A DNA stretch of 64,000 bases from an uncultured bacterium (GTDB lineage: Bacteria > Patescibacteriota > Minisyncoccia > Phycocordibacterales > CAIZLB01), in NCBI GenBank assembly GCA_903864515.1, contig CAIPFZ010000018.1, positions 17,290-81,289 of the forward strand, in the 5' to 3' direction. The notes under the pieces were generated by a model. It ran no database searches. It saw only the letters and a program-made list of their open reading frames with translations, and was not told the DNA's origin. Within the stretch, counting starts at the first letter, position 1. Each line of letters starts with the position of its first letter. This document shows, piece after piece, positions 1 through 10,281 of this stretch. The translations under genes were made by a program, and so were the position numbers.

Positions 1-2
1 TA

Positions 3-572
3 CCAGGTTCAACGGCGGGATATTCTGGAGAAACATCTCAAGGTTATGGGGAATTCCAAGTTGGATCAAATTCCATATACATTCCAATGCCAAACGGTCA
101 CTCAACAATGTATGGATATGAATTTAAGACAGAATTCAATGTTGCCAGAAAGATATGGGACGCCAATAGCTACCGAGGAATTGGAAGAAACGCCGCTTTT
201 CCATTAATTCCAGGTGTATCTGTTGGTATATGTTCAAAGATAATCACTCAACTTAGAGGAATGGGTTATACAAATGGAGGAATTCCAGCTGTTGTACACT
301 TCGCTGGAGGACCAGATGTGCTAGTTAGAATTGATGACTCAGGAGATGACAGAAACATTTGCCCTAGAAATATTATTGATTTCTATATACCAAACTACAG
401 ATTTGCTACCGATTCATACAAATGGTTAGATGGTAGACCTCTTACGGGTATAGACGTGGCTCCAAACGCATCTCAACTAACAGGAACATCAATTAATAGT
501 ATTACTGGAATAAACTGGGGATATAAGTCACTATATGAGTATGACGCTGCAAACGGTGGTACTGTTGATTAA
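3..572 (+). CDS. 5'-truncated protein, C-terminal part; possible 3D/RlpA-like (double-psi barrel) cell-wall-related domain
   Basis: The frame of ORF 87..572 is open back to position 3. The motif VRIDDSG...IIDFY loosely resembles the D-T-G...I-D-I-Y pattern of 3D domains. Confidence 0.4.
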   Translation, partial: PGSTAGYSGETSQGYGEFQVGSNSIYIPMPNGHSTMYGYEFKTEFNVARKIWDANSYRGIGRNAAFPLIPGVSVGICSKIITQLRGMGYTNGGIPAVVHFAGGPDVLVRIDDSGDDRNICPRNIIDFYIPNYRFATDSYKWLDGRPLTGIDVAPNASQLTGTSINSITGINWGYKSLYEYDAANGGTVD

Positions 573-729
573 TATCAAATAAATAAAACACTCTCTTCAT
601 TATTAAAGTATTTTAGAATTTAGAATGAAGTAGGTAGGCCCTTGAATTACCACCACAAAAATAATAATTATAGATTATGTGTGTAAATAATTATTGTTTT
701 TATTCAATATGATATATAATTATCGATAA

Positions 730-3480
730 ATGAGCTTGATGAAATTTATAAACAACAAGACAGCTAAAAAAATCTTTGTGGTTGGGGTTTTGGTGTTGGG
801 GTTTTTAACGGTAAATATTTCAGACAACGGAATAATGAAGTCAGCGGGGGCCGTTACAGACGAGGAAGCATTATATTATGCAAACAATGAGCAGTATGGG
901 TACCTTGGAATGACGACAGGGGATCAAGTTAGATTATCCATGGCAATGCACAACACCTCAACTCTAGCCCTGAGTGTTAACGATATGGCTGGAGTATTTG
1001 GAACATACGGTTCATATCTAAAGGCTACAACAAACGGACAGAACAGTTCACACATAACCCCAGATCAAGTTGCTGGCACAATAACAGTCAACACAATACT
1101 AAGAAAGTTAAATGTTGACGTGTCTACAGACATAAAGGATCAAAATCTCATAGACCTTAAAAATTCAATATATCAATCAGTTATGAGCGTGTTGAGTGAC
1201 CAGGAGTGTATAGAAAACATGAAGAATGTACACAACATATCTCAAATATATGGTAGTCAAAATAACTATGAACTTATTACGGGCTGTGTAAAAAGAGTTA
1301 CAGATAACTCAGCAAATGCATTTGCCGAATACTACAAAAAAACAACGAGTGACCCAGTAAAATTAAAAAACAGGCTTCAAGCACTCGATAATCAGCAATC
1401 TGGTAATCAAAAAGCTTTAGCGGCTGCTCCTGGTGGAAATGAGGAAATATATTGTATTAAGTGGTTAGGGGGAGTAAGTATCCCAGGCTGTATTGCAATA
1501 CTTTCATATTTTATATTGTATTTAACCTCTTGGGTTCTTTTTGCGGCAGCTCTATTGTTTGATTTCACAATCAGTTACACACTATCAATGACTGATATTA
1601 TTGATGGTTTTACTTCTATACAATATGGCTGGGAGGTATTTAGAAACCTTATTAACCTGTTCTTTATATTAATATTAGTATTTATATCAATATCAACAAT
1701 ATTACAAGTTGATAGTTATGGATATAAAAAATTATTAGGAAAACTTGTTATAGCTGCAATATTGATAAACTTTAGCATGTTCTTTACTAAAGTAATAATT
1801 GACGCAAGTAATATTACCGCACTAGTCTTTTATAAGCAGATAATGGTTGATGCAAACAAAAAGAATATTGATACACCCAAGGCTGGGGACAACGTTGTAA
1901 GCTCGGCACTAACTTCTGCATCTGAGGCGGCTGGAGAATACAACAATTTATCTATGGGTATTATGGATGCGCTAGGCATGCAAACCATTTGGGGTGTTTC
2001 AAAGACAACGGGGGGTGGTACAACCGGTGGTTCAACAAAAGATGCAAATAATGACCCAGCAATTAGGTCAGCGAGTGCAGTAGCTGCTGCTGGTGGAGCT
2101 GGTCTTGGATTAAATCCATGGACAATGACACTGGTTGGTCTTGGGGGTTCTGTTTTTATACTATTTCTTTCATTCATTTTCTTGGCCGCATCATTTATGT
2201 TCTTAGCCAGAACTGTAATGTTAATAATGCTATTAGTAACCTCTCCAATAGCTTTTGCTGCAAATGTACTACCTCAAACAAAGAAACTGTCTGATAAGTG
2301 GTGGAGTAAATTAAATAGCGCTGTTTTATTTGCCCCTGTATACATGCTATTGATGTTTGTTACACTCAAAATGATTTGGGGTAGGAGTGACAAAGTAACA
2401 AATCTACTTTCAATGTTCTCAAACACTGATTCTGGTGCTATCAATTCAATATTCTTCTTCTTCCTACTATGTTTTCTACTGGTAATGTGTCTAACAGCAG
2501 CAGCCACAATTGGAACAATAGGCTCAAAAACAATGAGCAGTTGGGGGAAGAGTTTGGGAACAAAGGCGAAGAACTTTGCTATCAACAAAGCAACTTCACC
2601 TGTCAGCTACTTAGCAGACAAGGCATCAAAAAGCAGTATACTATCTAGACTACCCGGCGGAGGTATGATTCTTCAGGGTGCGGATAAGCTAGCACAATCA
2701 AAACTTGGTGGTGACTCAAGCTATAGATCAAGAGTGGACGCTGACAAGAAAACATATCAAACAAGAGGTGAATTAATCAAAAAAGCCAGAACGGGAGATT
2801 TAATTAGAAGGATGGGTGAAAGCGATGAGGAGTTTAATAAAAGAAAGAAAGATCAAGAAGGTGAGGGTAAGAAAGGACAAAGAGAATACTTGGGAATTAG
2901 TACAGCAAAAGGAGACAATCGCCTTGTTTCAAGTAGCTTTAATAAAGGTAAGCAAATGGCAATGCAGGAAATCATGAACAAAAGCCTGGCTGCAAAAACA
3001 GGTGCTTTCGTAGACATAGAAAACAAGGCTAAAAAGGATTCTTTTGCAGCCCTTAAACAAATATCTGAAAAACTTGAAGAGGCTGATGAGCACGGAGATC
3101 ACACAGAGGAGGCATTGAAGTTTATTGAAAAAATTGGAAAAGAAGGAGTTGAAAGTATGGATTTGAAGGACTTAACTAAAGTTATAGATGGATTATCTAA
3201 ACCATTCAACGATCTCACAGAACAAATTTTTCAAAACAACAAAGAGGCTCACGACCTGAGGAACAGAAGGAGTGACCCAAGTACCCCATCCACAGAATTG
3301 ATCGATATAGACAACAGACTTAGCGCTATAACCACCGACAATTTAACACATAGAAACAGGAGAGATGAATTGAGAGATATAATTAGCCTAATAGAGAAAC
3401 CTATCAACAGATGGCAAGAAAATGACGCGAGAAGTGGAACCAAGGCAGCTATCGAAGAGAATAAACCTGATAAAAAATAA
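730..3480 (+). CDS. Large polytopic membrane protein, VirB6/TrbL-like T4SS component
   Basis: 916 aa with N-terminal signal, multiple TM helices (GWEVFRNLINLFFILIL, LINFSMFFTKVIID, RTVMLIMLLVTSPIAF...WW) and a charged C-terminal tail. Lies upstream of PrgI/VirB4-like genes. Confidence 0.7.
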   Translation: MSLMKFINNKTAKKIFVVGVLVLGFLTVNISDNGIMKSAGAVTDEEALYYANNEQYGYLGMTTGDQVRLSMAMHNTSTLALSVNDMAGVFGTYGSYLKATTNGQNSSHITPDQVAGTITVNTILRKLNVDVSTDIKDQNLIDLKNSIYQSVMSVLSDQECIENMKNVHNISQIYGSQNNYELITGCVKRVTDNSANAFAEYYKKTTSDPVKLKNRLQALDNQQSGNQKALAAAPGGNEEIYCIKWLGGVSIPGCIAILSYFILYLTSWVLFAAALLFDFTISYTLSMTDIIDGFTSIQYGWEVFRNLINLFFILILVFISISTILQVDSYGYKKLLGKLVIAAILINFSMFFTKVIIDASNITALVFYKQIMVDANKKNIDTPKAGDNVVSSALTSASEAAGEYNNLSMGIMDALGMQTIWGVSKTTGGGTTGGSTKDANNDPAIRSASAVAAAGGAGLGLNPWTMTLVGLGGSVFILFLSFIFLAASFMFLARTVMLIMLLVTSPIAFAANVLPQTKKLSDKWWSKLNSAVLFAPVYMLLMFVTLKMIWGRSDKVTNLLSMFSNTDSGAINSIFFFFLLCFLLVMCLTAAATIGTIGSKTMSSWGKSLGTKAKNFAINKATSPVSYLADKASKSSILSRLPGGGMILQGADKLAQSKLGGDSSYRSRVDADKKTYQTRGELIKKARTGDLIRRMGESDEEFNKRKKDQEGEGKKGQREYLGISTAKGDNRLVSSSFNKGKQMAMQEIMNKSLAAKTGAFVDIENKAKKDSFAALKQISEKLEEADEHGDHTEEALKFIEKIGKEGVESMDLKDLTKVIDGLSKPFNDLTEQIFQNNKEAHDLRNRRSDPSTPSTELIDIDNRLSAITTDNLTHRNRRDELRDIISLIEKPINRWQENDARSGTKAAIEENKPDKK

Positions 3481-3483
3481 CAT

Positions 3484-4281
3484 ATGATTAATTTTACAAA
3501 AACAGACTTAGAAAACAGACTTAAAACTCTTTCCAAGGAGATGCAAGATAAGTTGTTAATGTTAAGTTACGAGGACTATTTTAGAAACATAATAAATTAC
3601 AAAAACGTAAAAGATGACGAAATTTTTGATGCTGTAGGTTATGCAGCAAGAGTTGTTGCCCTCGGCTTCGCCTCCAAGCAAGAAATGTTTGATCTTATTT
3701 TGGAAGCGATAGGCGATGAAGATGAGGCTAGACATATTTTTGAAGAGATAGATAGAACAATACTTGTTCCAAATAATTTTCAAGGACTACAGCAAGATCA
3801 ACAAGAAACACCAAAAGCAGAAGTCTCGCAAGGCACATCAACTCAAGAAAACACAACAATCACAACAGAAACTGCAGAAGACATTCTTAAGGAAATTGAA
3901 AATCCAACACCGGCACCAGCATCCCTTCCAGTCTTTAAACCAGAACCTGTGATATCAACTCAAGCTCAAGCACCAGAATTAGCACCAACACAAGCGCCAC
4001 AGCAATCAACAATACAAACCCAGCAACCTATTCAAACAGAAATTCCACAGACAAATACTCCAATAAATCAAACGCAACCAACCCCAACCCAGTCAAACCC
4101 AGTATCAATGACAATGCCAACAAAAGAGCAGGTTGCGGCGCAACAAATGAATCAACCTCCCCAAGTACAAACAAACCCAAACAAAGAATCTCAACTTGAT
4201 TCCAAACTCACAGATGCAACAGCACAGCCTTTAAAATCAACATATTATAAAATAGACCCTTATAGAGAGCAATTAAAATAA
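3484..4281 (+). CDS. Hypothetical protein: helical N-domain, Pro/Gln/Thr-rich linker, C-terminal DPYRE motif
   Basis: 265 aa ORF tightly packed in the operon; low-complexity linker visible in the translation. Confidence 0.75.
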   Translation: MINFTKTDLENRLKTLSKEMQDKLLMLSYEDYFRNIINYKNVKDDEIFDAVGYAARVVALGFASKQEMFDLILEAIGDEDEARHIFEEIDRTILVPNNFQGLQQDQQETPKAEVSQGTSTQENTTITTETAEDILKEIENPTPAPASLPVFKPEPVISTQAQAPELAPTQAPQQSTIQTQQPIQTEIPQTNTPINQTQPTPTQSNPVSMTMPTKEQVAAQQMNQPPQVQTNPNKESQLDSKLTDATAQPLKSTYYKIDPYREQLK

Positions 4282-4282
4282 A

Positions 4283-4612
4283 ATGACAGCAAATTCAATA
4301 GAAAGAAATAAAGAAAGATTTGATTCACTCCCTCAAGATTTTCAGCGGGCAATCAGGACAAGTGATTATGATCTAGAACTTGCAACAATAGCAAAAAAAT
4401 ACAAGCTTCATATTGATCAATCAGCCAACCTAGAAGAAACATTGGCAAAATTCATTTTTGGGGAGATAGAATCTTCAGATCTGATATCGGAAATGGAATC
4501 GAAAGTAAATATACCAAGAGATACAGCGGTTGAAATGGTGAAGGAAATAGATCAATTGATTATTACGCCCATCAGAAAAAACCTTCAAGATATTCAATCA
4601 AAGACAAGTTAG
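4283..4612 (+). CDS. Hypothetical protein, apparent paralog of the N-domain of 3484..4281
   Basis: 109 aa; shares the ExD.xI..P helical pattern with the upstream ORF. Confidence 0.75.
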   Translation: MTANSIERNKERFDSLPQDFQRAIRTSDYDLELATIAKKYKLHIDQSANLEETLAKFIFGEIESSDLISEMESKVNIPRDTAVEMVKEIDQLIITPIRKNLQDIQSKTS

Positions 4613-4696
4613 ACTAAAACTTATGTAGATAAAATATTAAATTTTATCACAAAAGAAGACTTGAAATAATTGTCATGATATAATTGTTTTGACAAC

Positions 4697-5134
4697 ATGA
4701 GATATCAAACGCCACAATTTATTGAAGAGGATGAAAAACTATTTGGCCCCCTAACATTTAGGCAGTTTGTCTATTTAGTAGGGGGTCTTGGTATTTCATT
4801 TGTATTATACAAAACACTTCCTTTCTTGATTTCTCTATTAGTAATAATCCCAGTAATGATGACTTCAGTTGCTTTGGCATTTTACAAAGTAAATGAAAGG
4901 CCTTTTATTGATACATTAGAAGCTGCTTTCTTTTTTATGTTCTCCAACAGACTTTATACATACAAAAAAATAGACAAACCTATTAAACAGAGCATGGATG
5001 ATCAAAAGACAAGAATAGCACCTCAAATTAATCTGGGAGTCTCTAGTAGCAAACTAAAGGACTTAGCATGGAGTCTAGATATTAATGAAAAGACCAACAG
5101 CAGAGTTGGTGATAATCAAAAATTAAATATATAA
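4697..5134 (+). CDS. PrgI family protein (VirB3-like)
   Basis: PQFIEEDEKLFGPLTFRQFVYL N-terminal motif followed by two TM helices, typical of PrgI. Confidence 0.85.
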   Translation: MRYQTPQFIEEDEKLFGPLTFRQFVYLVGGLGISFVLYKTLPFLISLLVIIPVMMTSVALAFYKVNERPFIDTLEAAFFFMFSNRLYTYKKIDKPIKQSMDDQKTRIAPQINLGVSSSKLKDLAWSLDINEKTNSRVGDNQKLNI

Positions 5135-5141
5135 TTAAAAA

Positions 5142-5804
5142 ATGTCATCAAACGCATCTATAAACTCAAAACCAACTCAAGACTTTGTCCCAATTAAAGA
5201 GGTTAGGGATGGAGTTGTAATACTAAAGGATGGATCGATGAGAGCAGTTCTACTTGCTTCATCTATAAACTTTGCCCTGAAATCACAAGAGGAACAGCAA
5301 TCGGTACTTTATCAATTCCAAAACTTCTTAAATTCAATAAACTTCTCCATTCAGATATTCGTTCAATCAAGAAGACTGGATATTACACCTTATATCAACT
5401 TATTGGATGATAGAATTAAATTTCAATCTAGTGAGCTAATGAAGGTTCAAACAAGGGAATATATGGATTTTATTAGAAATCTAACAGAATCAGTAAATAT
5501 TATGACAAAGAGTTTCTTTGTTGTAATTCCATATTCACCTGCAATAATAAGTCAAAAAGGTGGTGTATTATCAGGTATTTTTGGTGGAAAGAAGGACAAG
5601 AAAGAATCTGACAATGAAGAGTTTTTACAATTTGAAGAATACAAGAGTCAATTACAACAAAGAGTTGACGTAGTAGAACAAGGACTTGCAAGATGTGGAG
5701 TTAGAGTTGCAGAACTTGGAACAGAAGAAATAATTGAGTTCTTCTACAAACTATTTAATCCAGGAACAGTAGAAAAACCAATCAACATGTCAGTAGACAG
5801 ATAG
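5142..5804 (+). CDS. TraE/VirB4 N-terminal-like protein
   Basis: DGVVILKDG...SINFALKSQEEQ...FQNFLNS motif; located between PrgI and the ATPase. Confidence 0.7.
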   Translation: MSSNASINSKPTQDFVPIKEVRDGVVILKDGSMRAVLLASSINFALKSQEEQQSVLYQFQNFLNSINFSIQIFVQSRRLDITPYINLLDDRIKFQSSELMKVQTREYMDFIRNLTESVNIMTKSFFVVIPYSPAIISQKGGVLSGIFGGKKDKKESDNEEFLQFEEYKSQLQQRVDVVEQGLARCGVRVAELGTEEIIEFFYKLFNPGTVEKPINMSVDR

Positions 5805-5839
5805 AATTTTTATGCATTTTAGCGTACAATTAGAACAAC

Positions 5840-7687
5840 ATGAGTTTACTAGATTTTTTAAAAAAACAACCACAAGAAAGTTCTCCAATTAGTTCCATTC
5901 TACCAAAGGAAATTTATCAATCTGGTGTTTTGGAATTACAGGACATTATCGCACCGTCTGGCCTTAAGATAAGTCCAAAGACAATAAATCTTGGGGAAAA
6001 AATAGTTAGAACCTTCTTTGTTATATCTTATCCAAGATTTCTATCATCAAATTGGTTCTCTCCAATAATTAACCTAGATAAAGTCTTTGATATTTCTATT
6101 TTTGTACACCCAATAGATACATCTACAATATTAAGACAATTTACAAAAAAAGTTGCAGACATTGAAGTTGATATAAGTACAAGAGAAACAAAAGGATTGG
6201 TTAGAGATCCAAAACTTGATACCGCCTATCAAGATCTAGAAGAGCTCCGAGACAAGCTACAACAAGCACAGGAGAGACTTTTTGATGTAGGCCTATACCT
6301 TTCCATATATGGAGAGAATGAGCAGGAATTGGACAAAATTGAGTCTGAAATCAAATCAATACTTGAATCTAATCTTGTATTCATTAAACCCGCTCTATTT
6401 CAACAAGAACAAGGCTTTCAAAGTGTTCTTCCGATAGGTGAAGACAAGCTAGGTGTTCACTCAAAACTAAACTCAGAGCCATTGTCTAGTATTTTTCCTT
6501 TTATCTCTTTTGACCTTACATCCGATAAGGGAATTTTGTACGGAATTAATAGACACAACTCGAGTCTAATTCTTTTTGATAGATTTTCTCTAGAAAACTA
6601 TAACTCTGTTACTTTTGCTAAAGCAGGATCTGGTAAGTCATATCAAACAAAGCTAGAAATCATCAGATCCATGATGTTTGATACAGATGTCATAGTTCTT
6701 GACCCAGAGCGAGAATATGAATACCTTGCAGAAGCAACAGGAGGAAGATATTTCAATATTTCATTAACATCAGAACACCATATTAATCCCTTTGACTTAC
6801 CTGTACCAAGAGAAGGTGAATCTTCAGCGGATGTTTTAAGATCCAACATTATCAACCTTGTTGGTTTGTTTAGAATAATGCTTGGAGGACTTACACCAGA
6901 AGAGGATGCTGTTATGGACAGAGCAATCACTGAGACCTATGCCCTTAAGGATATTACTCCTGAATCTAATTTTGCTGCCGCTGAACCACCACTTATGTCA
7001 GACTTTGAGCTTGTTCTTGGTGGAATGGAAGGTGGAGAATCATTGGCTCAAAGATTAACTAAATATACCAAAGGAACATGGGCGGGTTTTATCAACAGAC
7101 CTTCAAATATTGATATCAACAAAAAATTTGTGGTCTTTTCACTTAGAGACATGGAAGAGGAATTGAAACCTGTTGCGATGTATATTGTTATGCACTACAT
7201 TTGGAATGCAATTAGAAAAGAATTAAAGAAGAGACTCTTGGTTATTGACGAGGCGTGGTATTTGATGAAGTCTGAGGACACAGCATCATTCCTTCTTGGA
7301 TTAGCTAAAAGAGGTAGAAAATATTATTTGGGTCTTGCGACAATTACACAAGACGTTGAAGACTTTCTAAAATCCCCTTATGGATTACCAATTATTTCCA
7401 ACTCTTCTATTCAAATCCTACTTAAACAATCTCCATCGTCAATTGATATTGTTCAAAAAACCTTTAATTTAACTGATGAGGAAAAATATCTTCTCCTTGA
7501 GTCAGATGTAGGAGAGGGAATGTTCTTCGCTGGACTTAAGCACGTGGCAATCAAAGTCATTGCATCGTATACAGAAAATCAGATTATTACATCAAAGCCA
7601 TCTGAGGTTTTGCAAATAAAGAAGGAAAAGGCTGAGTTGGCTGAGCAAAGAGCAACTGAGATGGAAAATCTAAAGAGAAGTATTTAA
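5840..7687 (+). CDS. VirB4-like conjugation/T4SS ATPase
   Basis: Walker A AKAGSGKS, DPEREY, Walker B LLVIDEAW, KRGRKY, ITQD motifs. Confidence 0.9.
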   Translation: MSLLDFLKKQPQESSPISSILPKEIYQSGVLELQDIIAPSGLKISPKTINLGEKIVRTFFVISYPRFLSSNWFSPIINLDKVFDISIFVHPIDTSTILRQFTKKVADIEVDISTRETKGLVRDPKLDTAYQDLEELRDKLQQAQERLFDVGLYLSIYGENEQELDKIESEIKSILESNLVFIKPALFQQEQGFQSVLPIGEDKLGVHSKLNSEPLSSIFPFISFDLTSDKGILYGINRHNSSLILFDRFSLENYNSVTFAKAGSGKSYQTKLEIIRSMMFDTDVIVLDPEREYEYLAEATGGRYFNISLTSEHHINPFDLPVPREGESSADVLRSNIINLVGLFRIMLGGLTPEEDAVMDRAITETYALKDITPESNFAAAEPPLMSDFELVLGGMEGGESLAQRLTKYTKGTWAGFINRPSNIDINKKFVVFSLRDMEEELKPVAMYIVMHYIWNAIRKELKKRLLVIDEAWYLMKSEDTASFLLGLAKRGRKYYLGLATITQDVEDFLKSPYGLPIISNSSIQILLKQSPSSIDIVQKTFNLTDEEKYLLLESDVGEGMFFAGLKHVAIKVIASYTENQIITSKPSEVLQIKKEKAELAEQRATEMENLKRSI

Positions 7688-7721
7688 ATCAGTTGCAGGG
7701 AGGTATATTATATGTTTAATA

Positions 7722-7751
7722 AAGAAGCTTTTTTAAAAAAAGGCTTTTTTA
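7722..7751 (+). terminator. Probable intrinsic terminator after the VirB4-like gene
   Basis: aagaagctttttt-aaaaaaaggctttttt hairpin followed by a T-tract. Confidence 0.45.
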
Positions 7752-7780
7752 TTATCCTGTAGTCTGTTAATATATAGACA

Positions 7781-8260
7781 ATGAACGAAAGGCAAGCAGA
7801 AAGTCAATATAAACTATCAAACAAGAGAAATCCTGGTAGAAGTTCTGTTTTTAAAAAAAATGAAGAGGATGATTTTGAGGATGAAGATAGTATGTATTTA
7901 AATAGCGAAGATGAACCAGAGAAGAGGGTCTCAGTGAAAGCCTTTTTATTGTCTATAATTTTTGGCTTAGTTTTAGATGTAGTCAGCTTCTTTCTACCCA
8001 TCTTAGGTTGGTCTGTTGGCACCGTGTTAATAATTCTGTTATATTTTAAGCTTGGAGTTAAATTTCATTTTAAAAACTTAATGAAGTTTGGTGGTTGTAG
8101 CTTTATTGAATCAATTCCAGTCATAAACATGTTTCCAGCCTTTACTTTGGCTATAATTTTAAATGTTGGCCCAATGGTTTGGGGTGGAGAACAAGAAGGT
8201 GAAGAACCCTCCCAATCTGCACATAAAGTACAGAGGGCAATATCAATGATTAAAAAATAG
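7781..8260 (+). CDS. Hypothetical membrane protein
   Basis: 159 aa; acidic N-terminus then about 3 hydrophobic segments (ESIPVINMFP). Confidence 0.7.
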   Translation: MNERQAESQYKLSNKRNPGRSSVFKKNEEDDFEDEDSMYLNSEDEPEKRVSVKAFLLSIIFGLVLDVVSFFLPILGWSVGTVLIILLYFKLGVKFHFKNLMKFGGCSFIESIPVINMFPAFTLAIILNVGPMVWGGEQEGEEPSQSAHKVQRAISMIKK

Positions 8261-8334
8261 AATTTTTGTATTCTGTGTATAAATTCTAAACAAAAATTAG
8301 TTTACAATGTATAATTAATGATATAATTATTTAG

Positions 8335-9420
8335 ATGATTAAAATTAAAAAACAAAACTTAAGAAAAATCCTGATACTTACAGCTGTATTTTCATTTTTT
8401 GTTTTTAATCAAGATGAATACAATAGCCTATTGAAAAAGGCTGTTGCTCAAACAGGTGATGTATTGAATGTAGTTGACTCACCAATACCTGAACAAATAA
8501 AGGAAATCAAACAACAATTAGAGATTAGTGTCTCTCCAGAAACACCCAGACCAAATGAAGACGTGAATATAAACATTGAGGCTTATGGATTAGATCTAAA
8601 CTCAACTAATATACAATGGCTTATTAATGGCAAAGAACGATTAAGAGGAGATGGCGAAAAGAGATTTTCTTTTAATGTGGGTAGCGGAGGAGAAAGTAGG
8701 GTGGTGGTTAATGTTTTTCCAAAAAACCAACCTCAAATTTCAAGGAGTTTTGTCTTTAATCCATCAAATGTAGATTTATTATGGCAAGCTGAGACATATA
8801 CACCCCCTTTTTACAAAGGAAAAGCACTATTTTCACCTGAATCATCTGTAACACTGGTTGCTATACCAAATTTTACAAACGGCAACTCAAGAGTTAGCGA
8901 TTCAAATGTTGTATATAAATGGAGTATGGACAGAGAAGTGTTGGGTGATGATTCTGGATATGGTAAAAACTATTTAAAGTATAAATCAGACATAATAGAG
9001 TCAGAGAAGGAAATAGCGGTTGAAGCATACCCCTCTGGACAAGAATCAAGGAAAGGTGTCGGTAGTGCAACTCTTTCGGAGAAAAATTCCTTCGGACTAT
9101 TCTACGAAGACAACCCAACAAACGGCATAATGTTCAACTATTCTCTAACAAATCAAATAGACCTAGGTTCAAGGAGTGAATCAAAAATAAGCGTATTTCC
9201 ATATAATTTCACAACAAACAATAAAAGTTCTGGTCTACAATATACATGGTATGTAAATTCAGAGAAAATCAATATTCCAAGTAATACAAACACGGTGACA
9301 ATCAAGAGAAACAACAAGGAAAAGGTTGATTTAGCCAATGTTTTTGTTGATATATCAAACCCAACACATATAATGCAAACAACAAGAAGTGCTGTAGACT
9401 TTTTGTTCAAGAATAATTAA
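8335..9420 (+). CDS. Exported beta-rich (Ig-like repeat) hypothetical protein
   Basis: Signal-like N-terminus; repeated I/Y-x-W-x-(V/I)N beta-strand motifs (IQWLING, YKWSMD, YTWYVN). Confidence 0.7.
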   Translation: MIKIKKQNLRKILILTAVFSFFVFNQDEYNSLLKKAVAQTGDVLNVVDSPIPEQIKEIKQQLEISVSPETPRPNEDVNINIEAYGLDLNSTNIQWLINGKERLRGDGEKRFSFNVGSGGESRVVVNVFPKNQPQISRSFVFNPSNVDLLWQAETYTPPFYKGKALFSPESSVTLVAIPNFTNGNSRVSDSNVVYKWSMDREVLGDDSGYGKNYLKYKSDIIESEKEIAVEAYPSGQESRKGVGSATLSEKNSFGLFYEDNPTNGIMFNYSLTNQIDLGSRSESKISVFPYNFTTNNKSSGLQYTWYVNSEKINIPSNTNTVTIKRNNKEKVDLANVFVDISNPTHIMQTTRSAVDFLFKNN

Positions 9421-9517
9421 AAGGCCAAAGCGGTGGTATTGAATTATTACTGAATATTTTAAAAACTTTCCATAAATAAAATATACATCAAACATTATTT
9501 GTTGTATTATATTAATA

Positions 9518-10279
9518 ATGAATATTTTTAATCACGAAACTATTAATTTGAGTAAGAGAATTTTTTCTGGACTTATTATATTATCCTTGTTTTGTTACTC
9601 TTTCTTAATGTTTAGTTCACTAAACACTGTATTAGCGGCGGCGGATGATATGATAATAGATTTACCTCCGGTTAATGGAGTCCCTGATTCTGTTACTGTT
9701 CCACCCCTTACTGGAAACTTAACACCTGGATTAGACAGATTAGGTGATCAAGTACCAATCAGAACCGGCGCCCCACTACCCGGCGGAACACCGAACAACA
9801 ACTCCCCTGTAATCACCCCCAACCAACAACCCTTAGGAATGCTTGATCAAGATGGCCCCAATGTTTCTGAGGATTGTGGAATTTCTCCAACGAAAGGTAA
9901 ATGGAATTATTGTCTACTTGCACCTTTAAATGGCCTTATTGGTAAGCCGGGTACAAAAAAAAATACCTCTTCCTCCGGATCTACTGCTGTTGAAATATTT
10001 GATGTATCCGGAGGCTTAAGTCCATTCTTCTTCAAGGTATACAGAATTGGTGTAATGGCAGCTATTGCACTATCTATTGTAATGATATCTCTTGGAGGAA
10101 TTCAGCTGGCTACAACAGATTCAATATCCGGAACGGATTCTGGTAGAAAGAAGATCAACGCTGCTTTTGCTGGTCTGTTTATAGCCCTTTTCTCTTACGT
10201 TCTATTATATACAATCAACCCAGCCTTAGTTAATAACGGATCAGGAGATATATTTGATAAGCAAGAAATAAAGCCTTAA
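9518..10279 (+). CDS. CPR-type pilin (TrbC/VirB2-like C-terminal hairpin)
   Basis: Signal peptide, Pro-rich linker, C-terminal two TM helices ending FSYVLLYTINPALV. Confidence 0.75.
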   Translation: MNIFNHETINLSKRIFSGLIILSLFCYSFLMFSSLNTVLAAADDMIIDLPPVNGVPDSVTVPPLTGNLTPGLDRLGDQVPIRTGAPLPGGTPNNNSPVITPNQQPLGMLDQDGPNVSEDCGISPTKGKWNYCLLAPLNGLIGKPGTKKNTSSSGSTAVEIFDVSGGLSPFFFKVYRIGVMAAIALSIVMISLGGIQLATTDSISGTDSGRKKINAAFAGLFIALFSYVLLYTINPALVNNGSGDIFDKQEIKP

Positions 10280-10281
10280 AC

